A program made the translations under genes and the position numbers. From contig JANRKS010000009.1 of the NCBI GenBank assembly GCA_033763315.1, forward strand, positions 256,001 to 320,000: 64,000 nt of DNA, written 5' to 3'. Origin of the DNA: Deltaproteobacteria bacterium. GTDB lineage: Bacteria; Myxococcota_A; Polyangia; Fen-1088. Below, one piece after another: positions 10,003 through 19,217 of the stretch (its first letter is position 1; the number at the start of each line of letters is the position of its first letter). The notes under the pieces were generated by a model that was not told the DNA's origin, ran no database searches, and saw nothing but the letters and a program-made list of their open reading frames with translations.

Positions 10003-11205
10003 ATGAGCCAAGCGGCAGATTCAACGGACGCAGACGGTGGTCGGCCATCCGCGGGCGCCGGGGGAGGGCCTTCCGAGATCCCCGATGCGCTGACCTACCG
10101 GGTTGTTCTGCCTGATTTTGAGGGTCCCCTGGACCTGTTGCTTTATCTCTGCAAGAGCCACGAGATCGACATCCTCGAGATCCCGATCTCTTTCGTCACG
10201 CAGAAGTATCTCGAGTATCTCGACTTGATGCAGTCACTCTCGGTGGAAGTGGCGGCTGAGTATCTCGTCATGGCGGCCACGCTGGCCTACCTCAAGTCGC
10301 GTGAATTGGTACCGCAGCCCGAGCCTCTAGAAGCGCAAGGCGAAGAGGGCGACGAGGTGGGCGATCCGAAAGAGGAACTGATCCGTCGGCTGCTCGAATA
10401 TCAAAAATACAAAAACGCCGCCGAACAATTGGGTCTGCGGCCCATCGAGGGCAAGAACGTTTTCGGTCGCGGTTTGCCCGTGGAGCTGGCCAAAGGGCCC
10501 GAGGAATTGGCTGAGCACTCCCCGTGGAAGCTCATCGAGTTTTTTGCGGGCCTTCTGCAGGAGAAGGCGCCAGAGCACACGCACGACGTGGTCATCGACC
10601 GCATGTCCGTGGCTCAACGGATCAACCAGCTGATCGATAAGCTTGAATCCGGCGATGGCAGTTTCCGCTTCGACAGCATCATCGATTTTACCGCGCCGCT
10701 TGAAGAGCTGCGCCACCAGGTGGTGGTGACGTTGCTCGCGGTGCTGGAATTGGCAAAACTGAAAGCCATTCGCGTGTTGCAAGATCCGGTGTCAGAGACG
10801 TTCTTTGTTGCGCGGGCGTCGACCACGTCTGACGAGGTTCTGCGACAAGCGCGCAAGGCGATGACCACGTCGGATGGCGCGGCCGAGCAGCTATCGCACG
10901 CGGGCGACGAAGCTGGCGCGTCCGAAGCAGAGGCACCTCGCACCGAACCCAACGGCGCGGTTGTGGCCGAGGAAGCACCTGCCGCCGACACCGAGGGCCA
11001 CGGCCACGGGGTGGTTGCCGAGGAAGCACCTGCGGCCGACACCGAGGGCCACGGGGTGGAACCTGGAGCCGTGGCCACCGAAGCGTTCGACGGCGACACA
11101 ATCGCGAACGCTTCCGCTTCGCAGGCGTTGCCCGTTGATGACGGCGCGCCCGAAACAACTTCAGCCCACACGGAAGGGAACGAGGATTCCGATGTCGAAG
11201 CGTAA
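10003..11205 (+). CDS. scpA: Segregation and condensation protein A with acidic C-terminal extension
   Basis: FEGPLDLLLYL, AAEYLVMAATLAYLKSRELVP, LLAVLELAK; upstream of scpB. Confidence 0.93.
   Translation: MSQAADSTDADGGRPSAGAGGGPSEIPDALTYRVVLPDFEGPLDLLLYLCKSHEIDILEIPISFVTQKYLEYLDLMQSLSVEVAAEYLVMAATLAYLKSRELVPQPEPLEAQGEEGDEVGDPKEELIRRLLEYQKYKNAAEQLGLRPIEGKNVFGRGLPVELAKGPEELAEHSPWKLIEFFAGLLQEKAPEHTHDVVIDRMSVAQRINQLIDKLESGDGSFRFDSIIDFTAPLEELRHQVVVTLLAVLELAKLKAIRVLQDPVSETFFVARASTTSDEVLRQARKAMTTSDGAAEQLSHAGDEAGASEAEAPRTEPNGAVVAEEAPAADTEGHGHGVVAEEAPAADTEGHGVEPGAVATEAFDGDTIANASASQALPVDDGAPETTSAHTEGNEDSDVEA
10960..11055 (+). repeat. In-frame 51-bp tandem duplication (VVAEEAPAADTEGHG x2) in the scpA tail
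   Basis: gccgaggaagcacctgc(c/g)gccgacaccgagggccacgg occurs in two units starting at 10960 and 11011. Confidence 0.9.
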
Positions 11206-12592
11206 CAAGGGCAAACACATCAATAACCAGCCGAACGACCAAAACAACGGCGAGGCCTCCGTGCAACTGCAGCCTGATGACAGCGAAGTGGCGGCGCAAG
11301 ACGACGCGCGGTTAGGCGATGTGCAAGAGGTGGCCGGGGCCAGCGAGAGCGAGGCTTCCGCAAGCGAGGTTCTTGTGGGTGGATCTGATGAGCCAACGCC
11401 TGACGCGGAGGACGAAGCCCACGCGGCGTCGGCCACCGAAGAAGCGCCTGTAGACGCGGCCACCGACGAAGCGGCTGTGAATGCGGCGGCTCATGAAGCG
11501 CCGTCTGAAGTGGTCGCTGAAGAACCCACTGCCGGCCGCAAAAAGCCGCGCAAAGGCAAAGGCACCAAGGTTGCCGCTGCGGCCGTTGATGAGGCTCAGC
11601 TTGATGCTGGGGTGAGCGCCGGCACCGAGGAGGTGGCCATCCTTGATGAAGTGCCCGACAACGTGCGCGACTTGTTTGGCGCCGACGCTGAGCGCGGCAA
11701 TGGCAGCGAGCCTGCCGGGGCCTCCGACGAGCTTGACGGTGAACCGTTTGAGGTCGAAGAGGGCGTTGAAGTTCTTGAGGGTGAACGCCTCATTTCCGTC
11801 GTGGAAAGTTTGCTGTTTGCCTCAGACCGTTTGCTGTCACTCGGCGATTTGCGGCGCCTCACAAGCGTGCGCGAAACGAAAAAGGTGCAGCACGCGTTGG
11901 ACGAGATCAAAGATCGCCACGCTTCCTCCGGAATCATTTTGGTGGAAGCCGGTGGCAGCTTCCGGTTTCAAACCAATCCACAAAACGTCGAGTTCGTCAG
12001 CCGCATCGTGCAGGGCAAACCGATTCGCCTATCCCGCGCGATGATGGAGACGTTGGCCATCGTGGCTTACAAACAGCCGATCACGCGTCCCGAAGTGGAC
12101 GATGTGCGCGGCGTTGATTGTGGGGCGGTCCTTAAGACCTTGTTGGATCGAAATTTGATTCGCGTGATCGGCAAGAAAGAGGATGTGGGCCGTCCGCTGC
12201 TTTATGGCACCACGCCCGAATTCCTCAAGACCTTCAACCTCTCGGATCTCACTGAGCTGCCCACGTTGCGCGAGTTCCATGAGCTGGGCGCCGAAGAGAC
12301 CGCCAAAATGAAGAAGACCTTTGGCGAGGACGCTGTGCCAGACGCGCCCGTGCGCGCTTCTGCCGAGGGCCCCGAGGCTGCGCAAGCCGCGGAAGCCGAA
12401 GCGGCCGCCGAAGCCGGACCGACCGGCCGCGTCGATGGCCTCAAGGGCGATCGCCCCAGCGCCTTCTCCAATCACACCGTGGCCGATGTGCCCGAAGACG
12501 ACAGCCTCATCGAAGAGCTGGAGCGGGCCACCGAGGCCGCCACGCGCGCTCTTGACGCTGGCAAGAGCGAACCGGGCGCGCCTGTGTCATAA
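11192..12592 (+). CDS. scpB: SMC-Scp complex subunit ScpB with long acidic N- and C-terminal extensions
   Basis: VESLLFAS, LSRAMMETLAIVAYKQPITR, VGRPLLYGTTPEFL, LPTLREF; GAGGA RBS before ATG 11192. Confidence 0.94.
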   Translation: MSKRNKGKHINNQPNDQNNGEASVQLQPDDSEVAAQDDARLGDVQEVAGASESEASASEVLVGGSDEPTPDAEDEAHAASATEEAPVDAATDEAAVNAAAHEAPSEVVAEEPTAGRKKPRKGKGTKVAAAAVDEAQLDAGVSAGTEEVAILDEVPDNVRDLFGADAERGNGSEPAGASDELDGEPFEVEEGVEVLEGERLISVVESLLFASDRLLSLGDLRRLTSVRETKKVQHALDEIKDRHASSGIILVEAGGSFRFQTNPQNVEFVSRIVQGKPIRLSRAMMETLAIVAYKQPITRPEVDDVRGVDCGAVLKTLLDRNLIRVIGKKEDVGRPLLYGTTPEFLKTFNLSDLTELPTLREFHELGAEETAKMKKTFGEDAVPDAPVRASAEGPEAAQAAEAEAAAEAGPTGRVDGLKGDRPSAFSNHTVADVPEDDSLIEELERATEAATRALDAGKSEPGAPVS

Positions 12593-12646
12593 GGTGTTTT
12601 TCCCCGGCGTGATGCCGGGGCGCTGTTTCACATAAAAGGTTCGGTT

Positions 12647-13420
12647 ATGGTTCGTCTTCAAAGGTTCTTGTCTCAGGCCCGCGCCGTGTCTCGTCGCGAG
12701 GCCGAACGGTTGATTGCTGCCGGCGCCGTTCGTGTCAACGGTCGCTTGGTTACCGAACTTGGTGTGCAAGTGGATCCGGAGCGAGATCGGGTTGAGCTGC
12801 AGGGCAAACACATCAAGCTCAGCGCCCCCATCTATCGCATATTGCTGAAGCCTCGCGAATGCTTGTCCGTGTTGGAATCGCCGCGCGACGATGCGGGCCG
12901 CAAGCGTCCAAGCCTTGAGCGCTTCGTTAAAGACAAAGAGCCAGGCTGGATCGTCGTGGGGCCACTCGACTTTGCGACTGAAGGCGTATTGCTTATCACG
13001 TCCGACGGCGATCTGGCTGAACGCATCGTCAAAGGCCCCAAGGGCCGCAGTGGCTGCCCGCTGCCGATGACCTACCACCTGAAGTTCCAGGGCTTGATCG
13101 GCGAAGACGAGTTGGCCCGCATCGCCAAAGGCTGGCGCTTTGAGGGCCGCGTGGTGAAGCCTGTGGGGGTTTTTCCTTTGGCCACCACCGGTAAGAATAC
13201 GTGGGTTGAGGTTGTGGCTCACGAGCTGCGCCCCCGTGCGATGCGAGCCTTGGGCGACATCCTGCGCAAGCAGGTGCTCAAGATCTCGCGCGTGAAGTTC
13301 GGCGAGCATTCGTTCGAAGGGCTGCGCATGGGCGGTTTCCGCGACTTGAACGACAAGGATGTGGCCAAGCTCTTGCGCGCCACCGGCCTGAAAGCCCCGG
13401 CCGCGAACCCCACGCCATAA
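12647..13420 (+). CDS. rluB: S4-domain pseudouridine synthase, RluB/RsuA family (motif reads GPLD rather than GRLD)
   Basis: VRLQRFLSQA...SRREAERLI..G.V.VNG S4 domain; GPLDFATEGVLLITSDG; scpA-scpB-rluB order. Confidence 0.78.
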   Translation: MVRLQRFLSQARAVSRREAERLIAAGAVRVNGRLVTELGVQVDPERDRVELQGKHIKLSAPIYRILLKPRECLSVLESPRDDAGRKRPSLERFVKDKEPGWIVVGPLDFATEGVLLITSDGDLAERIVKGPKGRSGCPLPMTYHLKFQGLIGEDELARIAKGWRFEGRVVKPVGVFPLATTGKNTWVEVVAHELRPRAMRALGDILRKQVLKISRVKFGEHSFEGLRMGGFRDLNDKDVAKLLRATGLKAPAANPTP

Positions 13421-13495
13421 GCCCCACGCGGGCTTTGTGCGATCGCTTCGAAAACGAGCTGCCAGAACCAACGGGCGTGGTAAAAACGCGGCGCC

Positions 13496-15049
13496 GTGAC
13501 AGCCACACTTCGAGCCATTCTTTCTGTTTCAGATAAAACCGGGATTCCGGAGCTTGGCCGCCGCTTGGCGAAGCTGGGCGCCGAAATTCTTTCCACCGGC
13601 GGGACCGCCAAAGCGCTGCGTGAAGCCGGCGTACCCGTGGTTGAAGTGGGTGACTACACAGGGGCGCCTGAAATCTTGGATGGACGCGTGAAAACGCTGC
13701 ATCCCAAGGTGGCGGGCGGCATGCTGGGGCGACCCACCGATGAACATCGCAAACAAATGAGCGAGCACGGGATTCCGGCCATCGATTTGGTGGTGGTGAA
13801 CCTTTATCCGTTCAAACAAACCGTGGCCAAGGGCGCGCCGTTTGAAGAGATCATCGAAAACATCGACATCGGTGGCCCCACGATGATCCGCGCGGCTGCA
13901 AAGAACCACGAACGTGCCACTGTGTTGGTCGATCCCAGCGATTATGGCCGCGTGTGTGATGAGCTTGAACAACACGGCAAGGTGCCATCCGATCTGCGGT
14001 ACCAGCTGGCGCGCAAAGCGTTCGCGCACACAGCCGCCTACGACGGCGCGATCGCGGCGTACCTCGGACGCGTGGAAGGCCCGCACGAAGCCGCCACTGA
14101 GTTTCCCAAGACGCTGCACCCTGAGTTACATCTGCACAGCGTGCTTCGCTATGGCGAGAACCCACATCAATCAGCCGCATTTTACGCGTGGCCCGACATG
14201 GTGGGGCCTTCTTTGGCGAAAGCCGCCGTGCTGCAAGGCAAAGAGCTTTCTTACAACAACCTGTTGGATTTGGATGGGGCCTACAAGCTTTGCCTTGAGT
14301 TCGCCGATCCCGCCGCGGTTATCGTGAAGCACACCAACCCGTGTGGCACGGCCGTGTCAGGGCAGGGCGTGTTGACGGCATACAAGCGCGCGCGCGAAAC
14401 CGATCCTGTGTCAGCGTTCGGTGGCATCGTGGCTTGCAACCGCGCGGTGGACGCCGAGCTTGCGAAGGAGATGACCGATACCTTCCTCGAATGCATCATC
14501 GCTCCTGAATACACGGCCGATGCTTTGGCACGGCTCGGCACGAAGAAGAACCTGCGCGTGTTGCGTTTGCCGTTTGCACCGTTGCCTGCGGGCGCGTGGG
14601 ATCTGCGCACGGTGGCGGGTGGCGTGTTGGTGCAAGCGCGCGACGTGAACACTTCGGCGGCGTCGGCAGGCCGCGTGGTCACCAAACGCGCACCCACAGC
14701 GCAAGAGTTGGCCGATTTGGATTTCGCTTGGCGCGTGACCAAACACGTGAAATCCAACGCCATCGTGTTTGCGGGCGAAGGCCGAACGGTGGGCGTCGGG
14801 GCCGGGCAGATGTCGCGCGTGGATTCGGTGAAGTTGGCAATCAGCAAAGCCCGTTTGCCCCTGGCAGCCACGGTGATCGGCTCTGACGCGTTCTTTCCCT
14901 TCCGCGATGGCGTGGATGAAGCGGCGAAGGTTGGCATTACGGCGATCATTCAGCCCGGCGGATCGGTGCGCGACCAAGAAGTCATTGATGCCTGCGATCA
15001 GCACGGCATCACGATGGTGTTCTCCGGCGAACGCCACTTCCGCCACTAG
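13496..15049 (+). CDS. purH: Bifunctional AICAR transformylase/IMP cyclohydrolase
   Basis: [53 protein letters not shown]. Confidence 0.98.
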   Translation: MTATLRAILSVSDKTGIPELGRRLAKLGAEILSTGGTAKALREAGVPVVEVGDYTGAPEILDGRVKTLHPKVAGGMLGRPTDEHRKQMSEHGIPAIDLVVVNLYPFKQTVAKGAPFEEIIENIDIGGPTMIRAAAKNHERATVLVDPSDYGRVCDELEQHGKVPSDLRYQLARKAFAHTAAYDGAIAAYLGRVEGPHEAATEFPKTLHPELHLHSVLRYGENPHQSAAFYAWPDMVGPSLAKAAVLQGKELSYNNLLDLDGAYKLCLEFADPAAVIVKHTNPCGTAVSGQGVLTAYKRARETDPVSAFGGIVACNRAVDAELAKEMTDTFLECIIAPEYTADALARLGTKKNLRVLRLPFAPLPAGAWDLRTVAGGVLVQARDVNTSAASAGRVVTKRAPTAQELADLDFAWRVTKHVKSNAIVFAGEGRTVGVGAGQMSRVDSVKLAISKARLPLAATVIGSDAFFPFRDGVDEAAKVGITAIIQPGGSVRDQEVIDACDQHGITMVFSGERHFRH

Positions 15050-15055
15050 GCTCTA

Positions 15056-16360
15056 ATGTCCAACGGCGCCTTTCCAATATTGTTGTTAGGTGGTGGAGGC
15101 CGCGAACACGCGTTGGCGTGGAAGCTGGCACAAAGCCCCTTGTGCCGGCGTTTGTTCGTGGCGCCGGGTAACCCGGGCATCTCGTCGTTGGGTGCCAAGG
15201 TTGATTGCGTGAACCTCAGCCCCACCGACGCTTCCGCGTTGCTTGCGTTCGCACGTGAACACAACGTGGGCTTGGTGGTGTGCGGGCCCGAAGCGCCGCT
15301 GGTCGCGGGCGTGGGCGACGCGTTCGCGGCGGCACACATTCCGTTTTTCGGGCCCTCGCAAGCCGCCGCTGAGATTGAAGGTTCAAAGGCGTTCGCCAAA
15401 GATGTGATGGCCAAAGCCAACGTGCCCACCGCCGCTTACGGAACGTTCACAGACGTTGACGAAGCCGATGCGTTCATCGCAGCGCAAGGGCGTCCGGTTG
15501 TGGTGAAGGCCGACGGCTTGTGCGCCGGTAAGGGCGTTGAAGTCACTTCCACGGCGGCCGAGGCCCAGGCGGCGGTGCGGCGCATGCTGTCCGATCGCGT
15601 GTTCGGTGAATCAGGCGCGCGTGTGGTGATCGAAGAGCGCCTGCTCGGCCGCGAAACTTCCATCTTGGGCATGTGCGACGGTGAGCGGTTCGTGCTGCTG
15701 GCTTCGTCTGAAGATCACAAGGCCGTGCGCGACGGTGATCAAGGCCCAAACACCGGCGGCATGGGTGCGTACAGCCCCTCCCCGTTGGTGAGCGACGCGC
15801 TCATGTCAGACATTGGCGAACGCATCTTCAAGCCCACGCTTCGGCAGATGGCCGCGCTCGGGCGCCCGTTCCGAGGCCTGCTTTACGCTGGGCTCATTCT
15901 CACCCCGGATCGTGGCCCGATGGTGATCGAGTTCAACTGCCGTTTCGGCGATCCCGAAACACAGGCGGTGTTGCCGCGCTTGGTTGATGATCTGGTGCCT
16001 TGGATGTTGGGCGCGGCGCAAGGGCACCTGCCGCAAGGCACGTTGACGTGGCGGCCCGGCACAAGCGTCTGTGTGGTGATGGCGGCTGCCAATTACCCCG
16101 GCGCACCACGCGTGGGCGACGAGATCACGCACTTGCCACCCGTTGCCGAACAAGATCCCGATCGCTCCGTGTTGGTGTTTCACGCGGGAACAAAGCAACT
16201 TGGCGACAAGGTCGTGACTTCCGGGGGGCGGGTGTTGGGCATCACCGCCGTGGGTGAAGATCTGGCCAGCGCTCGTCAACGCGCCTACGCAGCGGTGAAG
16301 AATATCGCGTTCAGTGGGGCGCACTATCGTTCCGATATCGGGCTTCGAGGCCAAGCATGA
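15056..16360 (+). CDS. purD: Phosphoribosylamine-glycine ligase
   Basis: GGGGREHAL, APGNPG, EGSKAFAK, KADGLCAGKGV, GPNTGGMGAYSP, EFNCRFGDPE. Confidence 0.98.
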   Translation: MSNGAFPILLLGGGGREHALAWKLAQSPLCRRLFVAPGNPGISSLGAKVDCVNLSPTDASALLAFAREHNVGLVVCGPEAPLVAGVGDAFAAAHIPFFGPSQAAAEIEGSKAFAKDVMAKANVPTAAYGTFTDVDEADAFIAAQGRPVVVKADGLCAGKGVEVTSTAAEAQAAVRRMLSDRVFGESGARVVIEERLLGRETSILGMCDGERFVLLASSEDHKAVRDGDQGPNTGGMGAYSPSPLVSDALMSDIGERIFKPTLRQMAALGRPFRGLLYAGLILTPDRGPMVIEFNCRFGDPETQAVLPRLVDDLVPWMLGAAQGHLPQGTLTWRPGTSVCVVMAAANYPGAPRVGDEITHLPPVAEQDPDRSVLVFHAGTKQLGDKVVTSGGRVLGITAVGEDLASARQRAYAAVKNIAFSGAHYRSDIGLRGQA

Positions 16361-16440
16361 CTCAAACCCACGTCGTGGCGATCCAGATGGGTCATAGGTC
16401 AGGTCTCGGCGCTGAAGTGGATCGCCAGTGCGGCGGCTGA
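16357..16440 (+). pseudogene. 27-codon PurE-like N-terminal relic
   Basis: ATGA overlap with the purD stop; translates MTQTHVVAIQMGHRSGLGAEVDRQCGG*, resembling the PurE start V(G/A)I(I/L)MGSxSD. Confidence 0.5.
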
Positions 16441-16441
16441 T

Positions 16442-17212
16442 GTGAACGAAAGCCGCAGCAGCAACGGCAGCTCGCCAGCGCAGGCGCACGAGCCTGAGGT
16501 CACGCGCGACACGCTGTTGCGTGGCCGGGTGGTCGTGCACCAGCCGGCGCGTGGTTACCGCTTCAGTTTGGATCCGGTGTTGTTATCGGGTTTTGTGTCG
16601 CTGCCGTTGGGGCGCTTTATCGACCTTGGCGCGGGATCGGGCGTGTTGTCGTTCCTGCTGTTGGCGCGCGACCCCCATGCCGCCGCGACCGCCATCGAAA
16701 TTCAACCGCGGTTGGCGGCGCTGGCCGCTCGAGGCGCCGCAGAGAACGGCATGACGGAACGCCTCACCTTGGTGGCAAACGATTTTTTGGCCTGGGCCCA
16801 AACACAGGCGCAAGAATCTTTCGATGTGGTGGCCAGCAATCCCCCGTTTTATACGGTGGAAGGCGGCCACCTTTCCCCAAACCCAGAACGCGCTTTGGCA
16901 CACCACGAGGTGGCCTTGCCGCTGCACGAGTGGACCGCGGCCGCTGCACGTTTGCTGACGCCTTCGGGCCGCATTGCCGTGGTCTTTCCCGCCGAGCGGA
17001 AAGACGCCTTATTCGAAGCTTTGCAGAGGCAGGGCTTTGGCGATGTGCGCTTGCGCTGGGCGCGACCCACGCAGGTTCGGCCCGTGCATCGTTTGTTGGT
17101 CGAAGCCAGCCGTGGCCAGCCGCGCGTGCGTGCCGAGGACGATTTGATCGTGCACACCTCGGAGGGCGAATTTAGCCACGAGGTCAAAGGCTATCTTGGT
17201 GAGAACTCATGA
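16442..17212 (+). CDS. SAM-dependent methyltransferase, tRNA1(Val) A37 N6-methylase (YfiC/TrmM) family
   Basis: QPARGYRFSLDPVLL, DLGAGSG, IEIQ, SNPPF, ALAHHE. Confidence 0.85.
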   Translation: MNESRSSNGSSPAQAHEPEVTRDTLLRGRVVVHQPARGYRFSLDPVLLSGFVSLPLGRFIDLGAGSGVLSFLLLARDPHAAATAIEIQPRLAALAARGAAENGMTERLTLVANDFLAWAQTQAQESFDVVASNPPFYTVEGGHLSPNPERALAHHEVALPLHEWTAAAARLLTPSGRIAVVFPAERKDALFEALQRQGFGDVRLRWARPTQVRPVHRLLVEASRGQPRVRAEDDLIVHTSEGEFSHEVKGYLGENS

Positions 17213-17222
17213 CCGTGTTGCG

Positions 17223-17645
17223 ATGGGGCCTCTGATGCCCGAGCTTGGGCCGTTGTTGAAACATCAAACGGGCGCCGCAATCTCAACGGCGGTTGACTTT
17301 GGGGTGATGTGGTTGCTGGTTGAGTCCCACACCTTGACCCCGGTTTGGGCCACAGCGGCGGGGGCCTTTTGTGGGGCCGTTACGAACTTCTCTTTGGGCC
17401 GGCGATGGATCTTCGCCAAAGGGCCAGGGTCCATGGCGTTGGGCAACCAAGTTGCCCGCTATATGCTTGTCTCTGGCGTAAGCTTGATGTGGAACACCCT
17501 CGGCGAGGCTTTGCTTTATCGCGTGCTCGGCTTGCAATACGTGATGGCTAGGGTCATCGTGGCCGTTGTCGTGAGCGTTGCCTGGAACTACCCCATGCAC
17601 AGATGGTTCGTCTTTCGATCGCGGCCCGCGCGGGTGACATCGTGA
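17223..17645 (+). CDS. GtrA family membrane protein
   Basis: Four TM segments; STAVDF, NFSLGRRWIF, WNYPMHRWFVF. Confidence 0.85.
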   Translation: MGPLMPELGPLLKHQTGAAISTAVDFGVMWLLVESHTLTPVWATAAGAFCGAVTNFSLGRRWIFAKGPGSMALGNQVARYMLVSGVSLMWNTLGEALLYRVLGLQYVMARVIVAVVVSVAWNYPMHRWFVFRSRPARVTS

Positions 17646-18196
17646 ACGACGCGGGGGCCGGCGGGAAGCGTTCGGGCAGCTCCGAAGAGCGAGGGGCGAT
17701 CAAGTTGCCGCCGTTGCCGCCGCGCCGCGGGCGGGGGCGTTGGGATGGGGTTGCGCTGTGGCTGTCGGTGTGGTTTGGCTGCGGTTATGCGCCCAAGGCC
17801 CCAGGAACCGTGGGAGCGCTGGGCGCTTTGCCGGTGTTTGCCGTCGCGCAGCTGGCCGGACCGTTCACTGTGTTCGCGGTGGGGGCGCTCGTCACCGTGG
17901 TTGGGATTTGGTCATCAACGCGGGTGGCTCGACAGATGCGGGTCGAAGATCCGCAGATCATCGTCATCGACGAGGTGGCGGGTGTTTTGTTGACGTTGGC
18001 TGTCGCTCCCCCAGGGTGGCTGGGGCTCGCCGCGGGCTTTTTGCTGTTCCGAGCGTTTGACATTTGGAAGCCATGGCCGGTTCGGCTGTTCGAGCGACTG
18101 CCCCTGGGCTTCGGCATCATGATGGACGACGTGGCCGCCGCAGCGATGGCGGCCGCGGTTCTGTTGGTGCCTCAGATGCTTAAGGTCTGGCCCTAA
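17642..18196 (+). CDS. pgpA: Phosphatidylglycerophosphatase A
   Basis: PKAPGTVG, DPQIIVIDEVAG, FRAFDIWKPWP, GIMMDD. Confidence 0.93.
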   Translation: MNDAGAGGKRSGSSEERGAIKLPPLPPRRGRGRWDGVALWLSVWFGCGYAPKAPGTVGALGALPVFAVAQLAGPFTVFAVGALVTVVGIWSSTRVARQMRVEDPQIIVIDEVAGVLLTLAVAPPGWLGLAAGFLLFRAFDIWKPWPVRLFERLPLGFGIMMDDVAAAAMAAAVLLVPQMLKVWP

Positions 18197-18229
18197 GGCT
18201 GGACAAGCAGGGTGGGCGATCTGCAAATC

Positions 18230-18261
18230 AAAAAGCCCGCCTAAAATTAGGCGGGCTCTTT
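18230..18261. terminator. Bidirectional intrinsic terminator
   Basis: AAAAA-GCCCGCCTAA-AA-TTAGGCGGGC-TCTTT between convergent genes. Confidence 0.85.
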
Positions 18262-18300
18262 GCCAAACGGCGACTTTGGCCGCGGTTGCGGGCTTTGCGC

Positions 18301-18555
18301 TTAGCTGTCGGCGTACATCTTGAGCTGTTCTTTGACCAGCTTCTCGTTAACGCCTGTGCGGATGTACTCTTGAAGGCAGTCGGCCAAGGTGAGGATCATA
18401 TCTTCTGTGGACCCTTGGCTTGTGACTTTTGCGATCAGCGCCCGACCTTCGGGGCTGTCATCATCCCGCAAGAAATCTCGAAGCGCATCCAGGCTAAGGT
18501 CGCCGGAAAAGTCGAGTATCGCGTGTTCGAGCAGGAATGCTATCAGTCGGTCCAC
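18301..18555 (-). CDS. Small acidic hypothetical protein (84 aa)
   Basis: GGAGG RBS before GTG; own terminator; natural helical composition. Confidence 0.75.
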   Translation of the reverse strand: MDRLIAFLLEHAILDFSGDLSLDALRDFLRDDDSPEGRALIAKVTSQGSTEDMILTLADCLQEYIRTGVNEKLVKEQLKMYADS

Positions 18556-18815
18556 TTCGGCCTCCGGTGGAGAAAAAAAAACGGGTGAGCCTCAAAGCCA
18601 TAGCTTGGAAACCTCGCGGGATGCAAGGTTTTTTTGGGCTTTTCGCGGTGCGGACCGTGATGAAAAGTGGGTGTTCCTCGCGTGCCACAAAAGGTCAGTT
18701 CGGCGCTCGTGACAGCCGCCCATATGAACGAGCCACGCATTCAAAACGGCAATCGCGACGATAACACTTTGCCGAACTTGACTCGCGCAGGGGAAATGTT
18801 TACGGTCGGCACATC

Positions 18816-19217
18816 GTGTCGCGCCCTTGCTTGGTTGCAGCGCTTACGTTGGGGATGGCGTTGCCCCTCGGTTGTGGCCCTGTTGAGTATGTCGCTCAAG
18901 TGGGGGGGAGAGCCTCGTCTTCTTTGGCCCAAGCGCGGCGAGAGAAGGCCGACGAGCTGGCGCCTTACGAATACACCGCTGCTGGCGAGTATTTGAAAAA
19001 GGCGCGCGAAGAAGCCGGCCGATCACAATTTCAAACGGCGCTCGAATACGGCAAGATCGCCGAAGAGATGGCCGATCGGTCGCGCGCTTTGGCGCGTGAA
19101 CGAAAGGCGGGGCGAGGGTGGGAGGCGCCAGCGCCAACCAACGCGCCAACCAAAGAAAAGACGGCTCCGGCGGATGAACCACCGGCGGTGAAGCCTGCGC
19201 CGGAGCGGCGCTCATGA
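18816..19217 (+). CDS. DUF4398-like lipoprotein
   Basis: Lipobox LPLGC; APYEYTAAGEYLKKAREEAG; sigma70-like TTGACT-N17-TACGGT upstream. Confidence 0.8.
   Translation: MSRPCLVAALTLGMALPLGCGPVEYVAQVGGRASSSLAQARREKADELAPYEYTAAGEYLKKAREEAGRSQFQTALEYGKIAEEMADRSRALARERKAGRGWEAPAPTNAPTKEKTAPADEPPAVKPAPERRS

Noticed and set aside
10874-11191. Extended scpB N-terminus overlapping scpA
   Set aside because: Alternative frame of the scpA tail; an RBS supports ATG 11192.
12623-12640. parS-like TGTTTCACATAAAAG after scpB
   Set aside because: Only the left half matches TGTTTCACGTGAAACA; not palindromic.
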